Shown: in pieces, positions 1 to 10,473 of the stretch
How the letters are laid out: each line of letters begins with the position of its first letter
Position numbering within the stretch: position 1 is the stretch's first letter
Origin: Deltaproteobacteria bacterium
GTDB lineage: Bacteria > Desulfobacterota > Binatia > UBA12015
NCBI GenBank assembly: GCA_046583355.1
Contig: JAYGCM010000013.1
Coordinates: 1 to 43,523 of the forward strand
Length of the DNA: 43,523 bases
Direction of reading: 5' to 3'
The notes under the pieces: generated by a model
What the model was told of the DNA's origin: nothing
The model's database searches: none
Seen by the model: only the letters and a program-made list of their open reading frames with translations
Translations under genes and position numbers: made by a program

Positions 1-1701
1 GACCTCGCGGCGGGCGAGGTCGACCGTCTCGCCAGGGTCCGCGCGGAGGTGAAAGAGTTGGTAGGTCGCTTTCCCCTCGTCGGAATCGCCCTCTGTCCAG
101 GGTGCGCGGCGGATGATCTTCCAGCCGTCTTCACTCAGCGCGTTCCACTCGCGGCCATGGGCTACTTCTTCGTTGTAGATCGCACGCTGCGGCGGTTTCC
201 TCTCGCCGCGTAGAACCGGCGCGAGGTTCTGCCCGGCGGCGGCCGCCGGGATCGGAGCGCCGACCAGGCCGAGGATGGTGGGCATGACGTCGATCAGCGA
301 GACCGGCTCGGTCACCCGACTCTTCGCAACGCCGGGTCCCTTGACGATAAAGGGGACATGGGTCTGGTGCTCGTAGAGGCGGCTGCCATGCTCCCAATCC
401 CCGTGCTCGAGAAACTCGTCGCCGTGGTCCGAAACGACGACGACAAGAGTATTTTCCAGCTGATGGTGGCGCGCAAGCTCATCGAGGAGCAGGCCGAAGG
501 TCTCGTCCTGATAGCGGATATCTTCGTCATAGAGGCCGACGACGAAATCGATACTCGCCTGATCCATTTTCTGCTTGCGTAACTCCTTGCGCACGGACTT
601 TGCCGGCTCAACCGAGCCGGCATAGTCCTTGTCCGTGAAGAGGTTGCGATGCGAGGGTGGGGGGTCGTAGGGCGAATGCGGATCGACCGCGTGCACATAG
701 AGAAAGAAGGGTTCGTCGACTTGCGCTTTGAGCAGGGGGAAGAGGAGCTGGTTGATCTCGCTGGTATGGGCATGGTTGTCGAGATTGCTTCCGCGGATCG
801 TCTCGAAGCGGTCAAAGCCCTGATCGAAACCGAAGCCGGGCGCAAAGATATTGCCATTGGCCACGAATGCCCAGGTCGACCAACCCTCTTTGCGCAGGAT
901 TTCGGCCAGCGTTTCGGCCTCGTCGCTGAGGCCCCGTTCAAGGCGTGCGTGTGTTTGCGAGGGGAAGAGTGAGGTGAGGATGCTCGCGGTCGAGGGGCGG
1001 GTGACCGGCGCGGTGCTGCTGGCCTGCTCGAAGAGAGTTCCCTCGCTGGCGAGCGCGTCGAGTCGGGGTGTCGTGCGCCGCTTATAGCCCTGCGCCGAGG
1101 TATGGTCCGCGCGTAGCGTGTCCATCAGGTAGAGCAGGATATTGGGTCGCTGGCGTGCCGTGCGGCTACGCGAGAGGTGGCGAGGGGAGGCGATCGCTAC
1201 GGCGCTGCGCGGGTCGGGACTCGCCGGCTTTGAGACCTGAAGCGTGAGTTTTTGTGCGCCGGAATGCAGGACAGGCAGGCGCAGGGAGCGCCACGAGTTG
1301 ATGGCACCTTTCGTGTTGATGGTCTGGCTGGTCGATCCGTCGGCGTGGTCGAGGGCGGCGGTGAGCGTGAGGTGGTCGCTGCGCCATTTTGGCCGCGAGA
1401 TCTCGAAGCGCAGCTCGTCGCCGGCACGCGCCTCGATCGGGATCGTGACCTGGGCGCCCGGTGGCAGGACCAGCGCGGGCCTGCGGTCTGCGCCGTTTTG
1501 CACAATACGGCAATTCGCGCCGCGCAGGCCGCCGCACGCTCGGTGGCTCTCCACCGCCGCAGGCGGTGGCGGGGGACTCGATGCCGCGGCGAAGGCTGGC
1601 AGAAGGTCGCGGCTTTCGCTGGCGCGCGTGGCCGCGTCGGCCGACGCGCCGCGCGCCGCCAGCAGGGTCATGGCAAGCGCGAGAGCGGTGACGATTCGCA
1701 T
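1..1701 (-). CDS. Secreted sulfatase-like hydrolase (alkaline phosphatase superfamily); 3' end truncated by window edge
   Basis: Manually translated, as it has no stop in the window and is absent from the ORF track. ATG at 1701 with AAGGAGG RBS at 1711-1717; signal peptide MRIVTALALAMTLLAARGASA; motifs PNILLYLMDTLRADH, TRPSTASILTS, DPHSPYDPP, SDHGDEFLEHG, VSLIDVMPTIL, LFHLRADPGE. Confidence 0.9.
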   Translation of the reverse strand, partial: MRIVTALALAMTLLAARGASADAATRASESRDLLPAFAAASSPPPPPAAVESHRACGGLRGANCRIVQNGADRRPALVLPPGAQVTIPIEARAGDELRFEISRPKWRSDHLTLTAALDHADGSTSQTINTKGAINSWRSLRLPVLHSGAQKLTLQVSKPASPDPRSAVAIASPRHLSRSRTARQRPNILLYLMDTLRADHTSAQGYKRRTTPRLDALASEGTLFEQASSTAPVTRPSTASILTSLFPSQTHARLERGLSDEAETLAEILRKEGWSTWAFVANGNIFAPGFGFDQGFDRFETIRGSNLDNHAHTSEINQLLFPLLKAQVDEPFFLYVHAVDPHSPYDPPPSHRNLFTDKDYAGSVEPAKSVRKELRKQKMDQASIDFVVGLYDEDIRYQDETFGLLLDELARHHQLENTLVVVVSDHGDEFLEHGDWEHGSRLYEHQTHVPFIVKGPGVAKSRVTEPVSLIDVMPTILGLVGAPIPAAAAGQNLAPVLRGERKPPQRAIYNEEVAHGREWNALSEDGWKIIRRAPWTEGDSDEGKATYQLFHLRADPGETVDLARREV

Positions 1702-1726
1702 CGACTTTTCCCTCCTTGATGACATA

Positions 1727-2596
1727 CTAAGCGAGTTCCTGCAGGATCTCGTCACCGAAGCGTTTTAGGCTATCGAGCTTGCCGGGAAGATCGGTCTCTT
1801 CAACGCCGTGGAAGATCCAGGGCTTGGTCATTATATGAGTGACGCCGACATCCTCCAGGCGGCGATAGCCGTCGAGATCAAAGGCGTCGGTGCACGCAGC
1901 GAAGATATAGAAAGGGTCGCTGGCGCGCTCGGTGTCTGCGCGCAGCTCGCGCAGATGTTGCACGATTCCGCGCAACTCCTCAGTCGAATGCAGGTCGGAG
2001 ATCCAGCCGTCAGCAAGGCGCGCGGCTCGCCGTATGGCGGGCTCCGAGAGCCCGCCGACCAGCACCGGGACGCGACCGGGTGCCGGCGTCAACTCGAGGC
2101 GGTCGAAGTCGTAGAAGCGGCCATGATGCTCGACCCAGCCGCCCGCCCAGAGCTTCGGCAATACCTCAAGTAGCTCGTCGGTCCGTTTGCCGCGGGTATG
2201 GAAATTCTCGCCCTGGATCTCGAATTCCTCTTTCATCCAACCGACACCGATGCCGAGCGTGAGACGCCCGTTCGAGATCGCCGCCGCGGTGCCCACGGAT
2301 TTCGCGATCGTGAAGAGGCTGCGCGCCGGCAGGATATAGATCGCCGTGACGAAGCGAAGGGTCTCGGTGGCCGCGGCCATCGCGCCGATGGTGACCATCG
2401 GGTCGGGCCAATTCGCGAAGCTCTCCCAGCGCAAGCCGCCGTCGGGCGTATAGGGGTAGGGCGAGTGGATGACCTCGGGGTGCGCGATATGGTCGGAGAC
2501 CGCGCAATAGCGAAAACCGGCAGCCTCGGCCGCCTTGGCGACCGGAACATAATGGTCGATTGGCTGGAAGGCTCCGGAAACACAGAAATGCAGCAT
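1727..2596 (-). CDS. LLM-class (luciferase-like), probably F420-dependent oxidoreductase
   Basis: Motifs AEAAGF..VSDH, DPMVTIGAMAAAT, GRLTLGIGVGWMKEEF, RRAARLADGW. Confidence 0.88.
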   Translation of the reverse strand: MLHFCVSGAFQPIDHYVPVAKAAEAAGFRYCAVSDHIAHPEVIHSPYPYTPDGGLRWESFANWPDPMVTIGAMAAATETLRFVTAIYILPARSLFTIAKSVGTAAAISNGRLTLGIGVGWMKEEFEIQGENFHTRGKRTDELLEVLPKLWAGGWVEHHGRFYDFDRLELTPAPGRVPVLVGGLSEPAIRRAARLADGWISDLHSTEELRGIVQHLRELRADTERASDPFYIFAACTDAFDLDGYRRLEDVGVTHIMTKPWIFHGVEETDLPGKLDSLKRFGDEILQELA

Positions 2597-2686
2597 GAAT
2601 CATTCTCCGATGGAGTGCGAAGGCGAGAGCAGGTCGCGGTGAGTCGCGTTGGCCTTCGATCCTCCAAACCTCTACCACCTCCGCAT

Positions 2687-3652
2687 ATGAGCGCAGCCCA
2701 GACTGATACGGCCGTCACCATCGTCCCGCCGGGCCCGATGGCCTTCGGTATCCATATTCCGATCGCACAGCAGAGCCCGAGTTTCGTGCAGCCCTGGGAG
2801 GCTGCCAGCGGCCCGACCGAGATGCGCCGGATTGCGGAGCGCGCCGACCAGCGGGGTTTTCTTTATCTCGCTGTTTCCGACCATATCGGTGTGCCGCGCG
2901 CTCTCGTCCCCTTCATGTCGGCAACCTGGTACGACCCTGTCGCTACGCTCGGCTTCCTTGGCGCCGCGACTTGTCGCATCCGCCTGATGGCCTACGTGTC
3001 GGTGCTGCCCTATCGGCATCCCTTGCAGACTGCAAAATCGTATTCGACGCTCGATCGACTGACCGATGGTCGTGTGATCCTCGGTGTCGGCGCCGGCCAT
3101 GCCGAAAAAGAATTCGAGGCTTTGGGCATCGACTTCAAAAAACGTGGGCGCATGCTGGAAGAGGCGATCGGCTGTGTACGGCAGGCGTTCCTCGAGGAAT
3201 ACCCCGAACACGAGGGCGAGTTCTGGTCCTACAAAGATCTGGCAATGCAGCCGCGGCCGGTGCAGAGCCCACGCCCGCCGATCTGGATCGGTGGATCCAC
3301 CAAGGCGGCGCTGCGCCGCGCGGCGGATCTCGCAGATGGTTGGCTGCCGCAGGGGCCTCCGGAAATGGGAATGGAGGCGGCCATCGCCTTCGTGCGCGAA
3401 CGCCGCGAGAAGACGCGCGGCGGTGCGCCAATCGAGATCGGCGGCATGGCGCTGGAGGCCTACGTCGGCGACCCCTCGCATAAGGTCAGCGAGAACGTCG
3501 TCACGGGTGAGCCGGCGCGTCTGGCTGAAGCCATGCAAGCGAATCAGAAACTCGGCGTGTCGCATATGGGAATCCGCTTCCAAGTGCGCGACGCCGAAGA
3601 GATGCTGGATCAGATCGACGCTTTCGCCGAAACCGTGGTTCCGCTGCTCTGA
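2687..3652 (+). CDS. LLM-class, probably F420-dependent oxidoreductase
   Basis: Start reassigned to ATG 2687 (MSAAQTD) because the longer ORF overlaps the divergent gene. Motifs VSDH, DPVATLGFLGAAT, GRVILGVGAG..EF, PPIWIGG, RRAADLADGW. Confidence 0.88.
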   Translation: MSAAQTDTAVTIVPPGPMAFGIHIPIAQQSPSFVQPWEAASGPTEMRRIAERADQRGFLYLAVSDHIGVPRALVPFMSATWYDPVATLGFLGAATCRIRLMAYVSVLPYRHPLQTAKSYSTLDRLTDGRVILGVGAGHAEKEFEALGIDFKKRGRMLEEAIGCVRQAFLEEYPEHEGEFWSYKDLAMQPRPVQSPRPPIWIGGSTKAALRRAADLADGWLPQGPPEMGMEAAIAFVRERREKTRGGAPIEIGGMALEAYVGDPSHKVSENVVTGEPARLAEAMQANQKLGVSHMGIRFQVRDAEEMLDQIDAFAETVVPLL

Positions 3653-3667
3653 GCACGCCGGGGGCGT

Positions 3668-4657
3668 CTATTTGCGGCCGAGAAGTTGGTTGCCGACGTG
3701 GCAGGCGTCGACCAGGCGCTGGCGCTCGTCGCCGGGCAGCGCGTCGATTCGGGTAGGCGGCAGGCCGCGGACGAGAGCCGCGGCGTCCTCGATCCAACTC
3801 GCGCCGGGGAGTTCGAAGAACGCAGCGATGCGGCGCAGGGTCGGCAAGGGCTCGCTGACCAGCTCCTCGAAGACCACCTCCATATATTGGTTGGCATCGA
3901 GGAATTGGATCTGGCGGTAGCCGCGTGCGAGCTGGTCGCTCCAGAAGCGGCCGAAATATTCGGCCGAGGGGCGGCTCTCAAGGATCTTGCGCAAGGGGTC
4001 GGGCGCCGGGCCTTCATGGCGGCGGTTGGCGATTGCCGTGGCGATATCGACCTCGGGGTGCAGCCCGTGCACCAGCGAGATCGCCAGCCGGAAGGCATGA
4101 TGCTCGCGCATGGAAAGCGCGGCCTCTTCGCCGCTGCGATGGATATGAAGGAAGCGCGCGCCGGGGAAGGTCTGGGCCAGCCCGGCGATATAATCGATCG
4201 AGGAGCCGGAGCGTTCATTCCACAGGCTGCGGCCGCATGCGGCGGCGAGCCAGGCGAAGAGTTCCCGGTAATGCAGGCGCAGGGATTGCACGGGGCGGCT
4301 GCGGGCAAAGGCTTCGGCCCGGTCGAATAATGCGTCGGGATCGTCCGTCAGACGCCCTAGCGTCGTTACCAGGATCCAGGGAATATCGTCGTCGCGCCGG
4401 AAACGATTGCTGGGGCCGAAGGGGTAGGTGATTTCTTCGACCGGGTAGCCCCGACTGGTGATCATCGTGATGAAGGGATGTGGCTGCGAGATGATCTCCC
4501 AGAAGGCGTCTCCGCTAGTCGGCTCGGGGGAGAAACGGCGCGCGCCATCGAGCCCGTTGAAGAACTCGAAGAGGCTCAGGAGATCGGGATGCTTTGCCAG
4601 CATCCGCGAGAGAAGCGTCGAGCCGCATCGTCCAGTCCCCACCACAAATCGATCCAT
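3668..4657 (-). CDS. PAPS-dependent sulfotransferase (Sulfotransfer_3-like)
   Basis: N-terminal PSB loop VVGTGRCGSTLLSRML; FPGARFLHIHR..ALS 3'-phosphate-binding motif; VVFEELV..P..TLRRIAAF. Confidence 0.85.
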   Translation of the reverse strand: MDRFVVGTGRCGSTLLSRMLAKHPDLLSLFEFFNGLDGARRFSPEPTSGDAFWEIISQPHPFITMITSRGYPVEEITYPFGPSNRFRRDDDIPWILVTTLGRLTDDPDALFDRAEAFARSRPVQSLRLHYRELFAWLAAACGRSLWNERSGSSIDYIAGLAQTFPGARFLHIHRSGEEAALSMREHHAFRLAISLVHGLHPEVDIATAIANRRHEGPAPDPLRKILESRPSAEYFGRFWSDQLARGYRQIQFLDANQYMEVVFEELVSEPLPTLRRIAAFFELPGASWIEDAAALVRGLPPTRIDALPGDERQRLVDACHVGNQLLGRK

Positions 4658-4672
4658 CTCAGACCTCGTCTC

Positions 4673-6622
<1,950 letters not shown>

Positions 6623-6658
6623 CCGCGCTGAAGGCTACTCTGGCTGGCGCTGAAGCGC

Positions 6659-6704
6659 GAGCGCGGCCGGGGTGAGGGGGACGCCCCTCACCCCGGCCGC
6701 GCTC
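6659..6704. repeat. Perfect 21-bp inverted repeat (hairpin) at the 3' end of the CocE gene
   Basis: GAGCGCGGCCGGGGTGAGGGG-gacg-CCCCTCACCCCGGCCGCGCTC; no adjacent U-tract. Confidence 0.85.
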
Positions 6705-9021
6705 ATTCGGCCATACGGCAGGGCTGCGCGCGAAGCCCCGGACAGGTCGGGTAGGCCAAGGGCGGTTCGGTGAAGGTGTTGGGCTCAGCCCCCCAGGGCA
6801 GGACGATATGGGAGGCCTGCATGCCGCCGAGGGAGAGCTCGATGGTGGTCTCGTCCTCGTACTCCAATGTCTCCCAGCGCCAGCGCGGCCGGGTCGCGCC
6901 CGGGGCGGCGATCTCCACTCGAATGGCCGATCCGGCACGGAAGAAATGGGCAAAGGGGAAAGTCTCGATGCTCACCTCGACGAATTCGCCGGCCGGAAGG
7001 GCCGCGGCGTCTTCTTCGAGGTGCGTCGCAACCGGCCGGAAGATGGTCGATAGCTCCGGGTCGAGCATGCGCCGGCTCGCGCGCAGCCAGCCGTTTTGCA
7101 CAAAGACCTCGTAGCCATCGGCGCGGACTTCACTCAATGTCACCTGCAAATCGACATCGGGCGCATCGGCGCGGAGCAGGAGATTCACGGCGCTGGTCCC
7201 CACCAGGAGGGTATCCGCGGTAAGGGCTGCGGTCGTGTAGACGAGGTTCGTCCCGACTGGGCGCTGACGCCAATTCCAACCCGGATTGGCGACCCAGGGG
7301 CCGCCCTGATCGACGCCATCGAGGGTCTGGACCTGAGCGAAGCTGGTGTCGTAGACGAAGCTCTCGGAGCTCGCGCTGGCTGGCTTCTCCGTGGCCAGGC
7401 CGCCTCCGGGGAGGAAATACTCCGTGCGGGCTTCGGCCGATGGCGGCCACTCGGCATACTCGATCTCGAAGGTGGGAATCGGCGAGCCGGCCGTATCGGG
7501 CAGGCCACCGTTCTCCATCAGGATGCGGATCTGCGGCTCGCTGCGCCAGAAGGCCAGCGCCTCGGCATAGGTTTCGCTGCCGTCGAAGCGCGCCGGTGGT
7601 AGGGCCATATCGGCCGCGTCAATTCCGAAAATTGAGGTGGCGACGAAGTCGAGAATGGCGGGAATTGTCAGCGTGCGTTCAGGTACTTTTTGCGCGACGA
7701 AGAGGTCGAGGAATTCCAGCCAGCGCGAGAAGATCTCCGGTGAGAGAATATCGGTATGGCCGCCGTTCTGCATATGGAAGCGTTTGTCTTCGGTGCCTAT
7801 GAAGTCCGGAATCATATTGGCGAAATAGCCACCGGTTTGTTCGTCCTGCCAGGCGCCGGCAAGGAAGACCGGGACATTGATGCGGTGCACGAAGGTCGCG
7901 GGGGCCAGCGGGTCGGCGACCTCGGGGTTGTAGAATTCGTTGTCCTCGATGGACTTGAAGATATTGGGCGTCTGCGAGCGGAGCTGCATATTATCGATGC
8001 AGGTCTGGTCGCCATCGTCCATACGCCGCTGTGACCAGCCCTGGCCACCTGGCTTCGAGTCGGCGTCGCGGCCGGCGGCCCATTCGTAGGCGAAGCCGTT
8101 GTTCAGGATGCCGCCTGGTCGCAGCGTGCCGCGGCCGGTATCGGAGATCACCGAGAGCGGCGCGATCGCGGCCAGATGCGGTGGCTGGCGCTGCGCCACG
8201 AAGAGTTGGCTGATGCCCGGGTAAGAGATGCCGACCATGCCGACATTAGCCGACCAGGGTTGGGCGGCGATGGCCTCGATGATGTCGTAGCCGTCGGTCG
8301 TCTGCAGGTCCTCGAAGAATTCAAACGCACCACCCGAGCAGCCGGTGCCGCGGATATTCACGCCCACCGCAGCGTAGCCCAATACCTGTGCGATCAGGGT
8401 CGAGGGCTGGGGGCTCGACGGGTCGGCAGGGCTGTAGCCGGAATATTCGACCAAGGTGGGGTAGGGGCCGTCCTCGGGCGAGCCCGGCAGGAGCACGTTG
8501 ATTGCCAACAAGGTCCCGTCGCGCATCTCTACATATTGGTAGCCGGCGGTGATCGTGATGCCGTCGTAGAAGCTCTGCTCGGGGTGGTCGTCGGGTCCCG
8601 TTACCGTGACGGGATCCGAAGCGACGCTTGCGATGGCTCCGGTGGCCGGGCTGGTGGCGCCGCTCGGGCTTTGTACCCGGTAGCCGCTGCCGCTGGCGAC
8701 TTTGCGGAAGATGAAGGCGCCGTTCTCGTCGGCATCGCCGGTCTGCACGGTCTCGCCTGCGCTGCTGGTCAGCTCCAGCGCCTGTCCCGGATCGGCACCG
8801 ACGACATAGACCTGGCCAACGCTGCCGTGGGCCTCGAAATTGGAAGCCTGGGTGCCGGGCTCGGTCGGCGCCGGTGCGGGTGTCGCTGTGGGCACGGGGA
8901 CCGGTGTCGAGGAGGGACCCGGCTCGGGCGTCGCGCTGGAGCCGCCGCATGCCGCGGCGAGGGTAAAGGTGACTAGAACGGTTGCCCGCAGCAGCGGCGC
9001 ATTGAAATCGAATCGCATCAT
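6703..9021 (-). CDS. CocE/NonD family serine hydrolase (peptidase S15-like), lipoprotein
   Basis: Lipobox LAAAC; Pro/Thr linker; MRDGTLLA..GPYPTLVEYSGY; IRGTGCSGG; nucleophile motif GISYPG; C-terminal jelly-roll-type region (FAHFFRAGSAIRVEI). Confidence 0.88.
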   Translation of the reverse strand: MMRFDFNAPLLRATVLVTFTLAAACGGSSATPEPGPSSTPVPVPTATPAPAPTEPGTQASNFEAHGSVGQVYVVGADPGQALELTSSAGETVQTGDADENGAFIFRKVASGSGYRVQSPSGATSPATGAIASVASDPVTVTGPDDHPEQSFYDGITITAGYQYVEMRDGTLLAINVLLPGSPEDGPYPTLVEYSGYSPADPSSPQPSTLIAQVLGYAAVGVNIRGTGCSGGAFEFFEDLQTTDGYDIIEAIAAQPWSANVGMVGISYPGISQLFVAQRQPPHLAAIAPLSVISDTGRGTLRPGGILNNGFAYEWAAGRDADSKPGGQGWSQRRMDDGDQTCIDNMQLRSQTPNIFKSIEDNEFYNPEVADPLAPATFVHRINVPVFLAGAWQDEQTGGYFANMIPDFIGTEDKRFHMQNGGHTDILSPEIFSRWLEFLDLFVAQKVPERTLTIPAILDFVATSIFGIDAADMALPPARFDGSETYAEALAFWRSEPQIRILMENGGLPDTAGSPIPTFEIEYAEWPPSAEARTEYFLPGGGLATEKPASASSESFVYDTSFAQVQTLDGVDQGGPWVANPGWNWRQRPVGTNLVYTTAALTADTLLVGTSAVNLLLRADAPDVDLQVTLSEVRADGYEVFVQNGWLRASRRMLDPELSTIFRPVATHLEEDAAALPAGEFVEVSIETFPFAHFFRAGSAIRVEIAAPGATRPRWRWETLEYEDETTIELSLGGMQASHIVLPWGAEPNTFTEPPLAYPTCPGLRAQPCRMAE

Positions 9022-9193
9022 TTCTCCCGAGTGATGAACATTGTCGCGACCGCGTCTGCGATCACGATGGTTTAGCGGAACCTATGGGCGCAGGGGCGCG
9101 TCGTCAATGATTCTACTTGGTGAAACGACTGAATCGCGGACTGAAGGGACCTGGCCGGGCCCGTGATGCCTTGAGGCTGGGCGGCATAACGAT

Positions 9194-9826
9194 ATGATGT
9201 CGGGGATGATGGTGCGCGATGGCAAGGGGACGCTGCTGGCATGCCCGGATTGCGATCTCCTCTACCGCGAAATATGGGTGCCGCGGCGAACCAACGCCTG
9301 CTGTGCACGCTGCGACGCTCTTCTCTACCGCAACGATCCAGGAGCGCTGAACCGCGCCTTGGCCTGGACCGTGACAGGTGGCCTGCTGCTGGTCCTGGCG
9401 AATGTCTTTCCCGTGATGGTCTTCTCGTATGGCGGCAAGAGCCAGAGCAATACGCTCGTCGAAGGCGTGATCGAGCTGGCCAGCGGCGGGGTGGAGTTTG
9501 TCGCTCTGGTGGTATTTCTGACCAGCGTGGTTTTCCCCATCTTGCGCACGGCGGGTTTGCTCTACGTTCTGCTGCCGCTCCAATCGGGCCGCCGCCTGCC
9601 GCTTGCGCCTGCGATTTTTCGCTCGGTGTCGGCGCTGGAGAAATGGGGCATGCTCGACGTCTACGCATTGGCGATCCTGGTGACGGTGGTGAAACTCGGC
9701 CAGTTGGCCGAGGCGCATATCGGAATTGGATGCTTTGCCCTGGTGGCGGCCGCCGCTGCGATGATCGCAACCGGTTCGGCATTGGACCGGCGCGATGTCT
9801 GGCGACGGCTGGAGGCCGCTCGATGA
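9194..9826 (+). CDS. pqiA: Paraquat-inducible protein A / LetA-like, first half
   Basis: CPDC..CARC Zn motif, LANVFPVM, WGMLDVYALAILV. Confidence 0.85.
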   Translation: MMSGMMVRDGKGTLLACPDCDLLYREIWVPRRTNACCARCDALLYRNDPGALNRALAWTVTGGLLLVLANVFPVMVFSYGGKSQSNTLVEGVIELASGGVEFVALVVFLTSVVFPILRTAGLLYVLLPLQSGRRLPLAPAIFRSVSALEKWGMLDVYALAILVTVVKLGQLAEAHIGIGCFALVAAAAAMIATGSALDRRDVWRRLEAAR

Positions 9827-10473
9827 AAAGCCAGATGGGACGCACAGCCGGCTACCGCCGCTGTGAGGTCTGCGCGCTGGTCGCCGCAGTGCCGCCACGA
9901 GCGGCCGATGCTCGCCTGGAATGCCGTCGCTGCCACGCGACTCTGCACGAGCGCAAGCCCCGTGCGCTTGCCCGCACGGCAGCCTTCGTCCTGGCCGGCT
10001 TCGTTTTCTATATTCCGGCCAATCTGTATCCTGTGATGACAATCGAATTGCTCGGGCGCCCGGATCCGAATACGATTTTCTCCGGCGTCCGTGAGCTCTT
10101 CCAGAGCGGGATGTGGGAGATCGGCCTGCTGGTATTCGCGGCCAGTATTCTCGTGCCGCTGATGAAGTTGGTCGGTCTGACTTATCTGCTTGTTTGTGTG
10201 CGCTTCGGCTGGATGCCGGGCGGGCGATCGGCTGTGCGGGTGCGCCGGGAGCGAACCATCTTGTTTCGCATGATCGAATTTGTCGGCCGCTGGTCGATGC
10301 TCGATATGTTTCTTTTGTCGATGTTGGTCGCGCTGGTGCGCTTCGGCGCGGTGGCGACGATCGTGCCCGGCATCGGCGCTACGAGTTTTGCCATGGTCGT
10401 CGTGACCACAATGTTCGCGGCCGCGAGTTTCGACCCGCGCCTGCTTTGGGACGCCTCCGAGGATTTCGAATGA
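9823..10473 (+). CDS. pqiA: Paraquat-inducible protein A / LetA-like, second half
   Basis: ATGA overlap with the previous stop; CEVC..CRRC, YIPANLYPVM, GRWSMLDMF, FDPRLLWD. Confidence 0.88.
   Translation: MKSQMGRTAGYRRCEVCALVAAVPPRAADARLECRRCHATLHERKPRALARTAAFVLAGFVFYIPANLYPVMTIELLGRPDPNTIFSGVRELFQSGMWEIGLLVFAASILVPLMKLVGLTYLLVCVRFGWMPGGRSAVRVRRERTILFRMIEFVGRWSMLDMFLLSMLVALVRFGAVATIVPGIGATSFAMVVVTTMFAAASFDPRLLWDASEDFE

Noticed and set aside
2198..2686. N-terminal extensions given by the ORF track (also 9241, 10113, 25381, 27140, 30111, 31939, 34861)
   Set aside because: They overlap neighbouring genes or lack homology; downstream starts with RBS or ATGA coupling fit better.
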